A DNA stretch of 64,000 nt from Planctomycetota bacterium. GTDB lineage: Bacteria; Planctomycetota; Planctomycetia; Planctomycetales; Planctomycetaceae. The notes under the pieces were generated by a model, which saw only the letters and a list, made by a program, of their open reading frames with translations, did not search any database and was not told where the DNA came from. A program made the translations under genes and the position numbers. Each line of letters opens with the position of its first letter. Position 1 is the first letter of the stretch. Below, piece by piece: positions 18,428 through 31,858 of this stretch. The stretch lies in assembly GCA_963582065.1 (NCBI GenBank), contig CAUZRQ010000013.1:910-64909 (forward strand), in the 5' to 3' direction.

Positions 18428-19738
18428 TCATTGGCTCCGCCTCTGCTTCAGTTCCTCGAGCCGTTGTTTCATCTGGGCCTCGTACCCCCGGTCGGTCGGT
18501 TCGTAGTAGGTCCGGTCGACTCCGAGGTAGTCCTGGTCGACCCAGCCGTCGTCACCGTCGTGGGCGTAGGTGTAACTCTGGCCGTGTCCGAGTCTCTCGG
18601 CCCCGGAGTAGTGCGAATCCTGCAGGTGTCGCGGAACCGGCAGCACCGCCTTGGTGCGGACGTCCTCGATCGCCCGGTCGATGGCGAGATAGGAGGCGTT
18701 GGACTTGGGAGCCAGTGCGAGGTAACAGGTGGCCTGGGCCAGGATGATGCGGCATTCGGGCATCCCCACCCGTTCGGTCGCCTGTGCGGCTGCATTGGCC
18801 AGCATCAGGGCCTGGGGGTCGGCGTTGCCGATGTCCTCGGCTGCCAGGATCACCAGTCGACGGGCCAGGAACCGGGGGTCTTCGCCTGCCTCGAGCATCC
18901 TGGCCAGCCAGTACATCGCCGCGTCGGGGTCGCTGCCCCGCAGGCTCTTGATCAACGCGCTGGCCGCGTCGTAGTGCGTGTCGTCGTCGTAGCGGACCGC
19001 TTTCTTCTGCACCGATTCCTCGGCGACGTCCAGTTCGAGCACCTTGAGGGTGCCGGCGGCGATCGAGAGCACTCCGATTTCGAGTGCGTTGAGAGCTCGC
19101 CGTGCGTCTCCGTCAGCCACCTCGGACAGGAACGCCAACGCCTCGTCGGTGGCAGCCACCTCGAATCGGCCCAGTCCCTGCTCGGTGTCGGTCAGCGCCC
19201 GCTGGAGCAGTCGGCGGATGTCGTCCGGCTGCAGCGGCTGGAACTCGAAGATCTGGCTGCGTGAGACCAGGGGCGAGACGAGCGAGAAGAAGGGATTGGC
19301 GGTGGTGGCCCCGATCAGCCGGACCACGCCGCTCTCGACATCCGGCAGCAGCACGTCCTGCTGCGTGCGGTTGAAGTGGTGCAGTTCGTCGACGAACAAC
19401 AGCGTCCGTCGTTCTCCGGTCGCCAGGCGGTCACGAGCCGACTCGAGCAGTTCTCTGAGTTCCTTGACCCCGGCGGCGGCGGCGTTGAGCCGTTCGAAGA
19501 CACACTCGGTCTGCCCGGCGATCAACTCGGCCAGGGACGTCTTCCCGGTTCCGGGGGGTCCGTAGAAGATGGCCGAGCTGAGCCGATCGGCGTCGAGGAT
19601 GCGGCGGAGCAGCTGGCCGGGACCGAGGAAATGCTGTTGCCCGACGAACTCGTCGAGGTTCCTCGGCCGCATGCGGGCCGCCAGCGGTCGCGCCCGGTCC
19701 AGGTTGGCCGTCTCGGCCTGTTCGAACAGCCCGGTCAT
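18428..19738 (-). CDS. rarA: Replication-associated recombination protein A (AAA+ ATPase)
   Basis: Walker A GPPGTGKTS, Walker B LFVDELHHFN, and MgsA C-terminal domain (RGSDPDAAMYWLARML). Confidence 0.9.
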   Translation of the reverse strand: MTGLFEQAETANLDRARPLAARMRPRNLDEFVGQQHFLGPGQLLRRILDADRLSSAIFYGPPGTGKTSLAELIAGQTECVFERLNAAAAGVKELRELLESARDRLATGERRTLLFVDELHHFNRTQQDVLLPDVESGVVRLIGATTANPFFSLVSPLVSRSQIFEFQPLQPDDIRRLLQRALTDTEQGLGRFEVAATDEALAFLSEVADGDARRALNALEIGVLSIAAGTLKVLELDVAEESVQKKAVRYDDDTHYDAASALIKSLRGSDPDAAMYWLARMLEAGEDPRFLARRLVILAAEDIGNADPQALMLANAAAQATERVGMPECRIILAQATCYLALAPKSNASYLAIDRAIEDVRTKAVLPVPRHLQDSHYSGAERLGHGQSYTYAHDGDDGWVDQDYLGVDRTYYEPTDRGYEAQMKQRLEELKQRRSQ

Positions 19739-20064
19739 GACACCAGACTAAGCGCCGGAGATCAAAAGGGAAGCGGGTTAAAAGAAAGAGGCCTTCGCCA
19801 AGAAACCCCGGACTGGGTTTTGTTTGGACCCGTAAGAATTAGGTGGGGACCACCCGTCCGGGTTGTGTGAGCCGAGCCGGGTGGCTCGGATATACACGCG
19901 GCCGTCCGTGGACGGTCCCCTGGGTCATGCTTGTAGGGTCAACAAAATCGTGCCCGGATTGGCAAAAGGCCTGACGGGTCGCCGAAGCGATCCGACGAAC
20001 CGATCCTAGTCGGCAGCCGGAGGTCGGGCAAGAGGTGATGTTGCGTGGCGAGGATCGGCCGGTT

Positions 20065-21009
20065 CTAGGACTGACCTTCCATCGGCTCGGGGTCGAGCAG
20101 CTTGAGGTGTCGTTCCACCGCCAACGCCACCCGCCGCCGGCTGGCCCGGTTGCCGGCCGTGGCGGTGGCCGGGACGAACCGCCGTCCGTTCTCCAGGGGC
20201 AGCCTCAACTCGAACCGCCCGTCGCGGCCGACCCGGACCGAGGACTTGTCGAGTTCGATCAGTGTTTCGGGAGCGGTCCGACCGTAGATGACCAGGTCGG
20301 TGTGGATTTCCAGCGGCAGGTCGTGATCGTCGTGCCCGTTTGATGATGTCGAGTGGTGCGAACCGGCGGCCTCCGCTGCCGGAGTGTTCGGCCGACGGCC
20401 GTCCTCCGGCTGGCCTCCGCGGCTTGTGGAGACGGGGTCGGAGTGCGAGAGCGCAAAGAATTCGCCGCCGGGGACCGAAAAACCCAGCTGGAGCCGGTAG
20501 GGGAGACCGGGTTGGTCGATCTCGATACAGCATTCGCCTATCTCGAGCCGCACGACGATGTCTCGGACCCGCGACTCGGCGGTTGGCCCCCCCGCCTCGT
20601 CGGTGATCCTCGACAACCGCAGCACTATCCGGGCACGGTGCCAGTCGCTGCCCAGGGCCGACTCGGCCCGGGTCAACATTTCCGGCGAGACATTCCAGCG
20701 TGTCGAGAGCCATCTCGAGCTGACCGGTTCGGCGATCAGCACGTCGTCTCGGCCACCGGTGACCCCGGTGACCCCCACGTGGGTCGGCACCTGCGGCTTC
20801 GGACGGGCCTTCTTGCGACGGCTGCCATCGGTCGACCCGGCGGCATTCGCCAGGGCGTCGATCAACTCGGCTTTTCGCATCGGGTGCCAGCCGGGGATCC
20901 GCCGTCGGCGGGCCAACTGGGCCAGTTGCTTGCGGGTCTTGCCCTGCAGGGACTGGCGATAGGTGGCGTTGTGAGACCGAACCGACCGGCCGTTTCCGTT
21001 GCCCACCAT
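20065..21009 (-). CDS. Rho_N/SAP-like N-terminal domain protein, DUF4912-like
   Basis: KTRKQLAQLARRRRIPGWHPMRKAELIDAL resembles the Rho termination factor N-terminal helix-hairpin. The rest resembles DUF4912 from memory. The competing frames (20006..21157 minus, 20353..21375 plus) are Arg/Pro-rich shadows. Confidence 0.55.
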   Translation of the reverse strand: MVGNGNGRSVRSHNATYRQSLQGKTRKQLAQLARRRRIPGWHPMRKAELIDALANAAGSTDGSRRKKARPKPQVPTHVGVTGVTGGRDDVLIAEPVSSRWLSTRWNVSPEMLTRAESALGSDWHRARIVLRLSRITDEAGGPTAESRVRDIVVRLEIGECCIEIDQPGLPYRLQLGFSVPGGEFFALSHSDPVSTSRGGQPEDGRRPNTPAAEAAGSHHSTSSNGHDDHDLPLEIHTDLVIYGRTAPETLIELDKSSVRVGRDGRFELRLPLENGRRFVPATATAGNRASRRRVALAVERHLKLLDPEPMEGQS

Positions 21010-21334
21010 CAGGCCGCCTCCTCACCGCCGTACAGACAGAGGAAAACCAACACAGCAGTGCGGCCGTCCGTGCCCGCTGCGATCGCCGGGAGGCGAAGTG
21101 CGATTGCCAGAAAATCCCTCCGCGAGGGAGGGGTTTGGTTGATCGAATGGTTGACAACTAGTGCTTGGTTTCTACCACGACCAGAACCGTCTGTTCAACC
21201 GAATCGACCTGTTGAGGTTCGCCGGGAACCGGTTCTCAGCCAGCCCGAGAACGGCAATCTCACAGGTTTGACATCCCGTGGGGTGACCAATAAACTGATC
21301 GCCACCTGTTCGGATCTGAGACGGAGAGGCCGCC

Positions 21335-21628
21335 ATGACCGGACGTCGAATGGGCTCTCGTACACCGGCGGCTGAAGCCATGTACTGGGTGTCGACGGTG
21401 ACGACGGTTGGGCTGGTGATGGCGGTTCCGGCAGGCGTGGGTGTTTGGTTCGACCGGCTCTGGGGGACGTCTCCCTGGCTGGTCATCCCGGGCGCTCTTG
21501 TCGGGTTTGCCGTGGCAATGCGGTTCCTGCTTCAACTGGCCAATTCACAACAGTCACAGACAACAAGACGCCGGTCACCGCAGCCTTCATCGGACAGTGG
21601 TCACGTCGACGAGCCGCCTGGTTCATGA
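21335..21628 (+). CDS. AtpZ/AtpI-family small membrane protein (ATP synthase operon leader gene)
   Basis: Two TM helices with GVGVWFDRLWGTSPWLVIPGALVGF (the G..G..D...GT.P motif of the ATPase_gene1 family). First gene of the atp operon. Confidence 0.7.
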   Translation: MTGRRMGSRTPAAEAMYWVSTVTTVGLVMAVPAGVGVWFDRLWGTSPWLVIPGALVGFAVAMRFLLQLANSQQSQTTRRRSPQPSSDSGHVDEPPGS

Positions 21629-22062
21629 CCTCCCCCAATCAATCGCCTGATCAACAGCCGGTTCGCTGGCCGGTTCGCCAACTGCTTGGCCTGAGCGGCG
21701 TGCTGGCCGTGGTCTGGATCGTGCTGGCCGTCCCAATCGTGATCTACAGCGGCAGTGCGGGGCTCGAGGGTCTGTGTTGGGCGGTGATCCTGTGCCTGGT
21801 GCCGGGTTGCCTGGTGGTGGGGCTGCAGGAAATTGTCCCGTCGATGTCGGCAGCACCTCACGCGGTGATGTTGGCCACGGTGGTGCGGATGCTGTTCGTG
21901 ACCGGCGGTGTAGTGTTGCTGCGAGCGATTCGGCCGGAATTGCTGACGATGGAATTCGTCGCGTGCCTGGTGATCAGCTACCTCGCGGCGTTGGCGGCGG
22001 AATCGTACTACCTGCTGCGGCTGGTGAATCCCGTGCCGGAATCGACCCAGGAACCGAACTGA
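21625..22062 (+). CDS. atpI: ATP synthase protein I-like membrane protein
   Basis: ATG at 21625 forms an ATGA overlap with the previous stop. About 145 aa with four predicted TM segments, immediately upstream of atpB. Confidence 0.6.
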   Translation: MTSPNQSPDQQPVRWPVRQLLGLSGVLAVVWIVLAVPIVIYSGSAGLEGLCWAVILCLVPGCLVVGLQEIVPSMSAAPHAVMLATVVRMLFVTGGVVLLRAIRPELLTMEFVACLVISYLAALAAESYYLLRLVNPVPESTQEPN

Positions 22063-22940
22063 TGGCGTCCGGACACTCAGACGTTTTCCACCATGTGCGG
22101 GACTTCCCGTACTTCGAGCTGCCGTTTGGGCAGAAGCTGCCGCTGCCGAGCTTCGGCGAGTTTGAACTGACCAGGTTCATGGTGCTGCAGGTGGTGGCCT
22201 TCGTGGCGGCATTGTTGATCTTCCGCGGGCTGGCACGACGCGTGTCGGGCGGTACGCCGGTGACCGGTCGGTGGTGGAATTTCTGGGAGATGCTGGCGCT
22301 GTTCATTCGCGACGAGGTGGTCCGACCGACGATTGGTGACGGTCATCACGACGATCACCCCGACGATCACGAGGGTCAGCATGGCAGTGCCGATGCGGTA
22401 GCGACCGGCGGACATCCGGCTGACAAGTACCTGCCGTTCGTCTGGTCGTGCTTTTTTTACGTGTTGTTCTGCAACCTGCTCGGGGCGGTGCCCTGGATGG
22501 GTTCGGCCACGGCCGAGATCAACGTGACGGGGGCCCTGGCCGTTGTCGCCTTCGGAGCGACGCTGTTTTTCGGCACCAGAGAAATGGGGGTCGTGGGGTT
22601 CTGGAAAAACCAGGTCCCCGGTCTCGATCTGTCGCCGGCTCTGAAGATTGTCCTGCTGCCGATGATCTGGGTGATCGAGGTGATGGGTCTGTTCATCAAG
22701 CACGGCGTGTTGAGCGTTCGGTTGTTCGCCAACATCATGGCCGGTCACACGGTGATCGCCGTCATCCTGGGCTTCATCGCCCTGGCGTCCGATTCCTGGG
22801 TGTTTTACCTGGTGACACCGGCCAGCATCGTGGGCCAGATCCTGATCGGAGGGCTCGAGTTGTTCGTGGCGTTCCTGCAGGCCTACGTGTTTGCCTTCCT
22901 GTCGGTCCTGTTCATCGGAGCGGCGATCCACAAGCACTAG
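22062..22940 (+). CDS. atpB: F0F1 ATP synthase subunit a
   Basis: ATG at 22062 (TGATG overlap). Conserved LSVRLFANIMAGH Arg motif and C-terminal LQAYVFAFLS. Confidence 0.9.
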   Translation: MASGHSDVFHHVRDFPYFELPFGQKLPLPSFGEFELTRFMVLQVVAFVAALLIFRGLARRVSGGTPVTGRWWNFWEMLALFIRDEVVRPTIGDGHHDDHPDDHEGQHGSADAVATGGHPADKYLPFVWSCFFYVLFCNLLGAVPWMGSATAEINVTGALAVVAFGATLFFGTREMGVVGFWKNQVPGLDLSPALKIVLLPMIWVIEVMGLFIKHGVLSVRLFANIMAGHTVIAVILGFIALASDSWVFYLVTPASIVGQILIGGLELFVAFLQAYVFAFLSVLFIGAAIHKH

Positions 22941-23125
22941 TCGAGGAGACAACACACCGGAAGCGGCGGCCTGGTTGAGAGACCGGGACGTGGTTGCTTC
23001 AATGGCTGCTTCGTGATGAATCGGCCAGGTCCGGACGCGAGTCCGGCCCGCTTGTTACAGGTCCTTTTCCAAGAGAGTTCAAGAGAGGGTCTGATCGGCC
23101 ACCGAAAAATGGGTTACGGGGCTGA

Positions 23126-23521
<396 letters not shown>

Positions 23522-23632
23522 CCGGTTTTCCGTTCCGTCAGGCATCGGACTTGGCGAACTCGCGTTCGCTACTCCGGCACTGCTGGCGAATGGAAACGGT
23601 GAGACTTGCAGGACTGTAGTAAAGGCGTCGTG

Positions 23633-24220
23633 ATGCGCAGGTTCTCAACTCCTCGCCCATTGGTAGCCGCCGTCGCGTGGCTGATTGGTTCGCTTCCCGC
23701 GGTGGCCGAGGCCGCCGAGGAGGGTGTGCCGTTGAGCTTCAAGACCGACTTGGCGATCTGGTCGCTGGTGGTCTTCGTGCTGTTCGTCTTCGTGTTGAAG
23801 AAGATTGCCTGGGGTCCCCTGTCCGCCGGGCTCGACGCCCGTGAGCAGCGGATCCGCGAGGACATTGCCGGTGCCGAGTCGGCTCGCGAGCGGGCCGAGG
23901 CGATGCTGGCTGATCACGAGGCGAAACTGGCGGGCGTGCAGGAGGAGGTCAAGGAGATCCTGGCCGAGGCGCGGGGAGATGCCGAGCACACCAAGAACGA
24001 GATCATGGCGGCAGCGCAAAGCGAGGCCGAGGCGACTCGAGATCGGGCGATTGGAGAAATCGAGCGGGCCCGTGACCAGGCCCTCAAGGAACTCTTCGAC
24101 CAGGTCTCGACGCAGGTCGCCGCTGCGACCGAGCACGTGCTGGGGCGATCGCTGGATGCGGCCGACCAGCAGCGGTTGATTGGCGAGGCACTGGCGGAAA
24201 TGACTTCGGAGTCGAATTGA
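23633..24220 (+). CDS. atpF: F0F1 ATP synthase subunit b
   Basis: One N-terminal TM helix followed by a long charged helix (REQRIREDIAGAESARERAEAMLADHEAKL). Start at Met 23633; the track ORF begins at 23606. Confidence 0.85.
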   Translation: MRRFSTPRPLVAAVAWLIGSLPAVAEAAEEGVPLSFKTDLAIWSLVVFVLFVFVLKKIAWGPLSAGLDAREQRIREDIAGAESARERAEAMLADHEAKLAGVQEEVKEILAEARGDAEHTKNEIMAAAQSEAEATRDRAIGEIERARDQALKELFDQVSTQVAAATEHVLGRSLDAADQQRLIGEALAEMTSESN

Positions 24221-24252
24221 GCAACCTGGAGCGAGACGAGAGGAACGGCTAG

Positions 24253-26452
<2,200 letters not shown>

Positions 26453-26523
26453 AACCAGGCAGGCCGGTTGTTCGGCCCAAGCGTCATTTTTTGTCACTGC
26501 ACCCTTGAGTTGAAACGCCGGCG

Positions 26524-27429
26524 ATGGCCAACATCCGAACGATTGTCAAACGGCTGAAGGCGGTCAGGAACGTCCGTAAGATCACGCGGACGATGGAACT
26601 GATTGCCACGGCGCGGTTCAAGAAAGCGATGGACCGTGCGACCGAGGCGGCTGCCTACACGCAGAAGATCGCCGAGATCGTCTCGGATCTGTCCGGAGCC
26701 GCCCTCTCGTTCAGTCACCCATTGCTCGAGGGTCGCGAGACGCAGCAGAAGTGTGCCGTGCTGGTTCTGACCAGCAATCGCGGCCTGTGCGGCGGCTACA
26801 ACGGGGGCGTGTTGCGGTTGGCGGTGCCACGGATGAAGGAGTTGAAGGCCGAGGGCCGAGATGTGTCGCTGGAAGTCTCGGGCAAGCGCGGGCTGGCGTT
26901 CCTGAGATTCCAGGGTGAGACGATCGCCCACGAGTACACGCATTTCGAAGACAAGCCGACCTTCGACGAGGTCGATGAGCTGGCCAGCCGGTACATCGGT
27001 GCCTACGTTGCCGGAGAACTCGATCGTCTCGACGTCGCTTACACGCGGTTCGAGTCCTCATCGCGACAGAAGGCGACAATCGAGACCCTGCTGCCAGTCG
27101 GATCTCTCGATGTCCCCGACGACGAGTCGGCCGATTCCGGTGCAGATGACCAGGCGGGTGGCGGCAGCTCGGTCGATTACGAGTTTCTCCCCTCGGCCGG
27201 CGAGATTCTCGAGCAGATCGTCCCGGCATCATTCAAGGCCCGGCTGTTCAAGGGCTTTCTTGATGCTGCCGTCAGTGAACAGATCTTCCGGATGGTGGCG
27301 ATGAAGGGGGCCACTGAGAACGCCGGAGAGATGATCGATACGCTCTCGATGAAGTACAACCGGGCCCGGCAGACACAGATCACCTCCGAACTCAGTGAGA
27401 TCATCGGCGGAGCCGCGGCTCTCGAATAG
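26524..27429 (+). CDS. atpG: F0F1 ATP synthase subunit gamma
   Basis: MANIRTIVKRLKAVRNVRKITRTMELIA N-terminus and ITSELSEIIGGAAAL C-terminus. Confidence 0.95.
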   Translation: MANIRTIVKRLKAVRNVRKITRTMELIATARFKKAMDRATEAAAYTQKIAEIVSDLSGAALSFSHPLLEGRETQQKCAVLVLTSNRGLCGGYNGGVLRLAVPRMKELKAEGRDVSLEVSGKRGLAFLRFQGETIAHEYTHFEDKPTFDEVDELASRYIGAYVAGELDRLDVAYTRFESSSRQKATIETLLPVGSLDVPDDESADSGADDQAGGGSSVDYEFLPSAGEILEQIVPASFKARLFKGFLDAAVSEQIFRMVAMKGATENAGEMIDTLSMKYNRARQTQITSELSEIIGGAAALE

Positions 27430-28950
<1,521 letters not shown>

Positions 28951-28956
28951 AGAACC

Positions 28957-29355
28957 GTGGCAGAGAGTGCATTGCAACTCGTCCTGGTGACGCCCGAAAC
29001 CACGCTGCTCGATGCGCCCGTGCGATCGTTGCAGTTTCCCGTCTTCGACGGGCAGATCGGAGTGCTGCCGGGCCGTGCCCCCGTGGTGGGTCGCCTGGGC
29101 TACGGTGTGCTGACGGTCTCGACCTCCGACGGCGACATCGTGAAGTACTTCATCGAGGGCGGATTCGTACAGGTCAAGGCGGGGACGGTGACCCTGCTGA
29201 CCGACCGGGCACAGGGCCTCGACGACATCGATCGCCAGGCTGCCGAGGACCTGCTTGCAGAAGCTTCGAAACGGGTTCCCGTCACCGACGCCGAACTGGT
29301 CGCCAAGGAGCGCGACCAGGAAAGTGCCCGGCGGATGCTGGCCGTCGGTCGTTGA
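28957..29355 (+). CDS. atpC: F0F1 ATP synthase subunit epsilon
   Basis: 132 aa. The LQLVLVTPE...GQIGVLPGRAP...GGFVQV pattern is typical of epsilon. Last gene of the operon. Confidence 0.9.
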   Translation: MAESALQLVLVTPETTLLDAPVRSLQFPVFDGQIGVLPGRAPVVGRLGYGVLTVSTSDGDIVKYFIEGGFVQVKAGTVTLLTDRAQGLDDIDRQAAEDLLAEASKRVPVTDAELVAKERDQESARRMLAVGR

Positions 29356-29378
29356 GCGGTGGCCGCCACCTCGGGCCG

Positions 29379-30605
29379 CTAATGGTCGATCGCGTAGTAT
29401 TGCTCGTACACGCCGCGGGCACGCGCCGCCATCTCGTCCCAGTCCCATTCGGTTTCGGTGAATCGATCGGGGCTGAGGCTGCTGACGTATTCGGACGGGT
29501 TGTCTCGGAGTGACTCGACGACGTGCCGTCCGATGCCGGCAGACCCCGACACGCCGTGTGCATTGCAGCCACCGGCCATCACGAACCCCTTCACGCGGCG
29601 ACTCTCACCGATGATGAACCGGCCGTCGGGGGTGAAGGTGGGCCAGCCGCGGAACACACTGCGGATGCCCAGTTGCGACACCTGAGGGAACTGCGGGGCC
29701 AGTTGCTCGGCGAAGGCGGCCAGCACGTCCCAGTCTTCGCGAACCGGTGGTGCCTGCCCGTCGACGGGATAATCTCGTGGATCCAGCGACATGCTGGCCG
29801 GTTCCCAGCCCCCGCACAACAGGGCGTCGGTTTCGGCGCGGAGGTAGAGCGTGGCGTCGGGGATGCGGATCACCGGCAGGTCGGGACGCAGTCCCTCGGC
29901 CGCGACCGTCACGAAGAACTCGTGCCGCACCGGCACGATCGGCAGTTCGAGTCCGACTGAACCGGCCAGGTGCCAGGCGTGGGCCCCGGCGGCGTTGATG
30001 ACCATCGGCGTCGAAATCCGCTCCTCGGAGGTCTCGACACCGACGACCCGGTCGTCCTCGACGAGAATTCCCCGCACCGTGGTCCCGGTCAGAAACTGCA
30101 CACCCGCCTGCCTGGCCCGGGCGACATAGGCCATGGCCAGGTCGCTGGGCTGCAGGTATCCGTCGCTGGGGCACCACAGGACTCCACGGACCTGGTCGAA
30201 CCGCATTGTCGGCCAGAGCGATGCGGCCTCGTGGTTGTCCAGGAACCGTGTCTCCAGACCGGCCTCGTCGGCGACGGCCTGCATTCGCCGGAACTCCTCG
30301 ACCCGCTCGTCGCACAGGGCCAGTCGCAGCGATCCGACCTGCCGCCAGCCGGGACGGGCTCCGTCGCCGGCTTCGAGGTCCGAGAAGGTCTTGACCGACC
30401 ACATGGCCAGCCGGGTGCGGTCGAGCGAATTGCGGACCTGTCCGACCAGGCCGGCCGCCTGCGAGGTCGTCGCTGCCGCGAGCGTGGGTTCCTTTTCGAT
30501 CAGCAGGATGTCGTCGTGTCCGGCGGCAGCCAGGCTGTGGGCCACTCCGCAGCCGACGGCTCCGCCGCCGATGATGACGATCCCGGCCGTCTGTGTTTCC
30601 GTCAC
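29379..30605 (-). CDS. FAD-dependent oxidoreductase (DAO family; sarcosine/dimethylglycine-oxidase-like)
   Basis: N-terminal GIVIIGGGAVGCGVA dinucleotide fold and DAO-like architecture, 408 aa. 4-nt overlap with the upstream Rieske gene. Confidence 0.8.
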   Translation of the reverse strand: MTETQTAGIVIIGGGAVGCGVAHSLAAAGHDDILLIEKEPTLAAATTSQAAGLVGQVRNSLDRTRLAMWSVKTFSDLEAGDGARPGWRQVGSLRLALCDERVEEFRRMQAVADEAGLETRFLDNHEAASLWPTMRFDQVRGVLWCPSDGYLQPSDLAMAYVARARQAGVQFLTGTTVRGILVEDDRVVGVETSEERISTPMVINAAGAHAWHLAGSVGLELPIVPVRHEFFVTVAAEGLRPDLPVIRIPDATLYLRAETDALLCGGWEPASMSLDPRDYPVDGQAPPVREDWDVLAAFAEQLAPQFPQVSQLGIRSVFRGWPTFTPDGRFIIGESRRVKGFVMAGGCNAHGVSGSAGIGRHVVESLRDNPSEYVSSLSPDRFTETEWDWDEMAARARGVYEQYYAIDH

Positions 30606-31858
30606 GGCTGAGAGCTCACCTGTTCGAGGTACCAGTTGACCAGGGCGTCGACGTTGTATTCCTTGTACGTGGAAAACGGTCCGGGAGTGTACCGGCTGGA
30701 GCTGACTCCCCGCTGGACACTTTCGCAGATCGTCCAGTCCTGCTCGGAGGTCAGTTGCCAGAACGGCATGATCTCGTCAAGCCGGTAGTCACGGTTTTCT
30801 TTGGCGTCGGCGGCGACCAGCCAGGTCACCTGGATCCGGGTCCGGCCGGGTCCGGCCGGCAGCAAACGCGTGCTGACAGCGTGATCGCAGCTGGAGTGAT
30901 TCCAGAAGTTCGGCATCGTCCGCACTCTCAAGGTGCCCACATCGGGATCGCTGTAGTCGCCCATCAACGGGGCGACCTGTCGACCGTCCATGGTCTCGCT
31001 GAAGTAACCGTCGGCCAGGGGAGTGCGGTTGGCCGAGAACCAGCCGTCGGGGCCGCAGGCGGGGAACGACGTCATGCCCGTCTGCGTGTGTGTCACCGCC
31101 AGGCCACTGGCGGCCCACTTCTCCTGGCTTCGCAGAGACGCGTCGTCGATGGCGGCCTGGGCCTGGGGTGTGGTGTCATCGGCGTTGTAGTGGTCGAAGT
31201 TGGCCCGGATATACTGGGGATGATTCGCGTTGCAGTGATAACACTCGCGGTTGTTCTCCCAGACGATCTTCCAGTTGGCAGCCACGTCGTAATCCACGAT
31301 CTTCGCCACCCGGGCCTGTTCAAAGCCCTGGGGACGGGCGGCCGGCTCGATCAGCGCGACGGCGGGATCGAAAGCCGGCGGTTCTTCGGCCAGCGAAAGG
31401 AAGACCAGGCCCTCGAGAACACGGACGTGGGCACGGTGCAGGGCCAACGTGTCCTTGTCCAGGTCTTCCTGCATCCCACGGCAGGACTGCAGGCTGCCAT
31501 CGCGCGAGTAGGTCCATTGGTGGTATGGGCAGATGAAGCGGCCGATGCGGCCCGACGCCGATGTGCAAAGTACGGTGCCGCGGTGACGACAGACGTTGTG
31601 GAGCGCCCGGATCGTGCCGTCGTCGTCGCGGACGACGATCAGCGGATCGCTGCCGACATCCAGAGTAAAATAGTCACCCGGTTCGGGAACCTGGCAGGTG
31701 TGACCGGCAAACAGCCAGCCGTGCCGCCAGATTCGTGCGAGTTCGGCTCGATAAACCAGCTCATCGTGATAGAACTCGGCCGGTAGTCCATGGCCGGGTT
31801 GACGGCGTGAGACCAGTTGCAGGATCTGTTCGTGTTCGAGCGGGGAGATGTCTGGCAT
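30602..31858 (-). CDS. Rieske [2Fe-2S] non-haem-iron oxygenase alpha subunit (GbcA/Stc2/CntA-like)
   Basis: Rieske motif CRHRG...CPYHQW. Mononuclear-iron motif NWKIVWENNRECYHCNANHP. Confidence 0.85.
   Translation of the reverse strand: MPDISPLEHEQILQLVSRRQPGHGLPAEFYHDELVYRAELARIWRHGWLFAGHTCQVPEPGDYFTLDVGSDPLIVVRDDDGTIRALHNVCRHRGTVLCTSASGRIGRFICPYHQWTYSRDGSLQSCRGMQEDLDKDTLALHRAHVRVLEGLVFLSLAEEPPAFDPAVALIEPAARPQGFEQARVAKIVDYDVAANWKIVWENNRECYHCNANHPQYIRANFDHYNADDTTPQAQAAIDDASLRSQEKWAASGLAVTHTQTGMTSFPACGPDGWFSANRTPLADGYFSETMDGRQVAPLMGDYSDPDVGTLRVRTMPNFWNHSSCDHAVSTRLLPAGPGRTRIQVTWLVAADAKENRDYRLDEIMPFWQLTSEQDWTICESVQRGVSSSRYTPGPFSTYKEYNVDALVNWYLEQVSSQP

Noticed and set aside
29356-29379. GC hairpin (GGTGG-CCG-CCACC, nested in GCGG...CCGC) in the 23-nt gap between convergent atpC and the DAO gene, as a bidirectional intrinsic terminator
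   Set aside because: The stem is short with a 3-nt loop and there is no flanking U/T tract on either strand, so it cannot be called a terminator from sequence alone.
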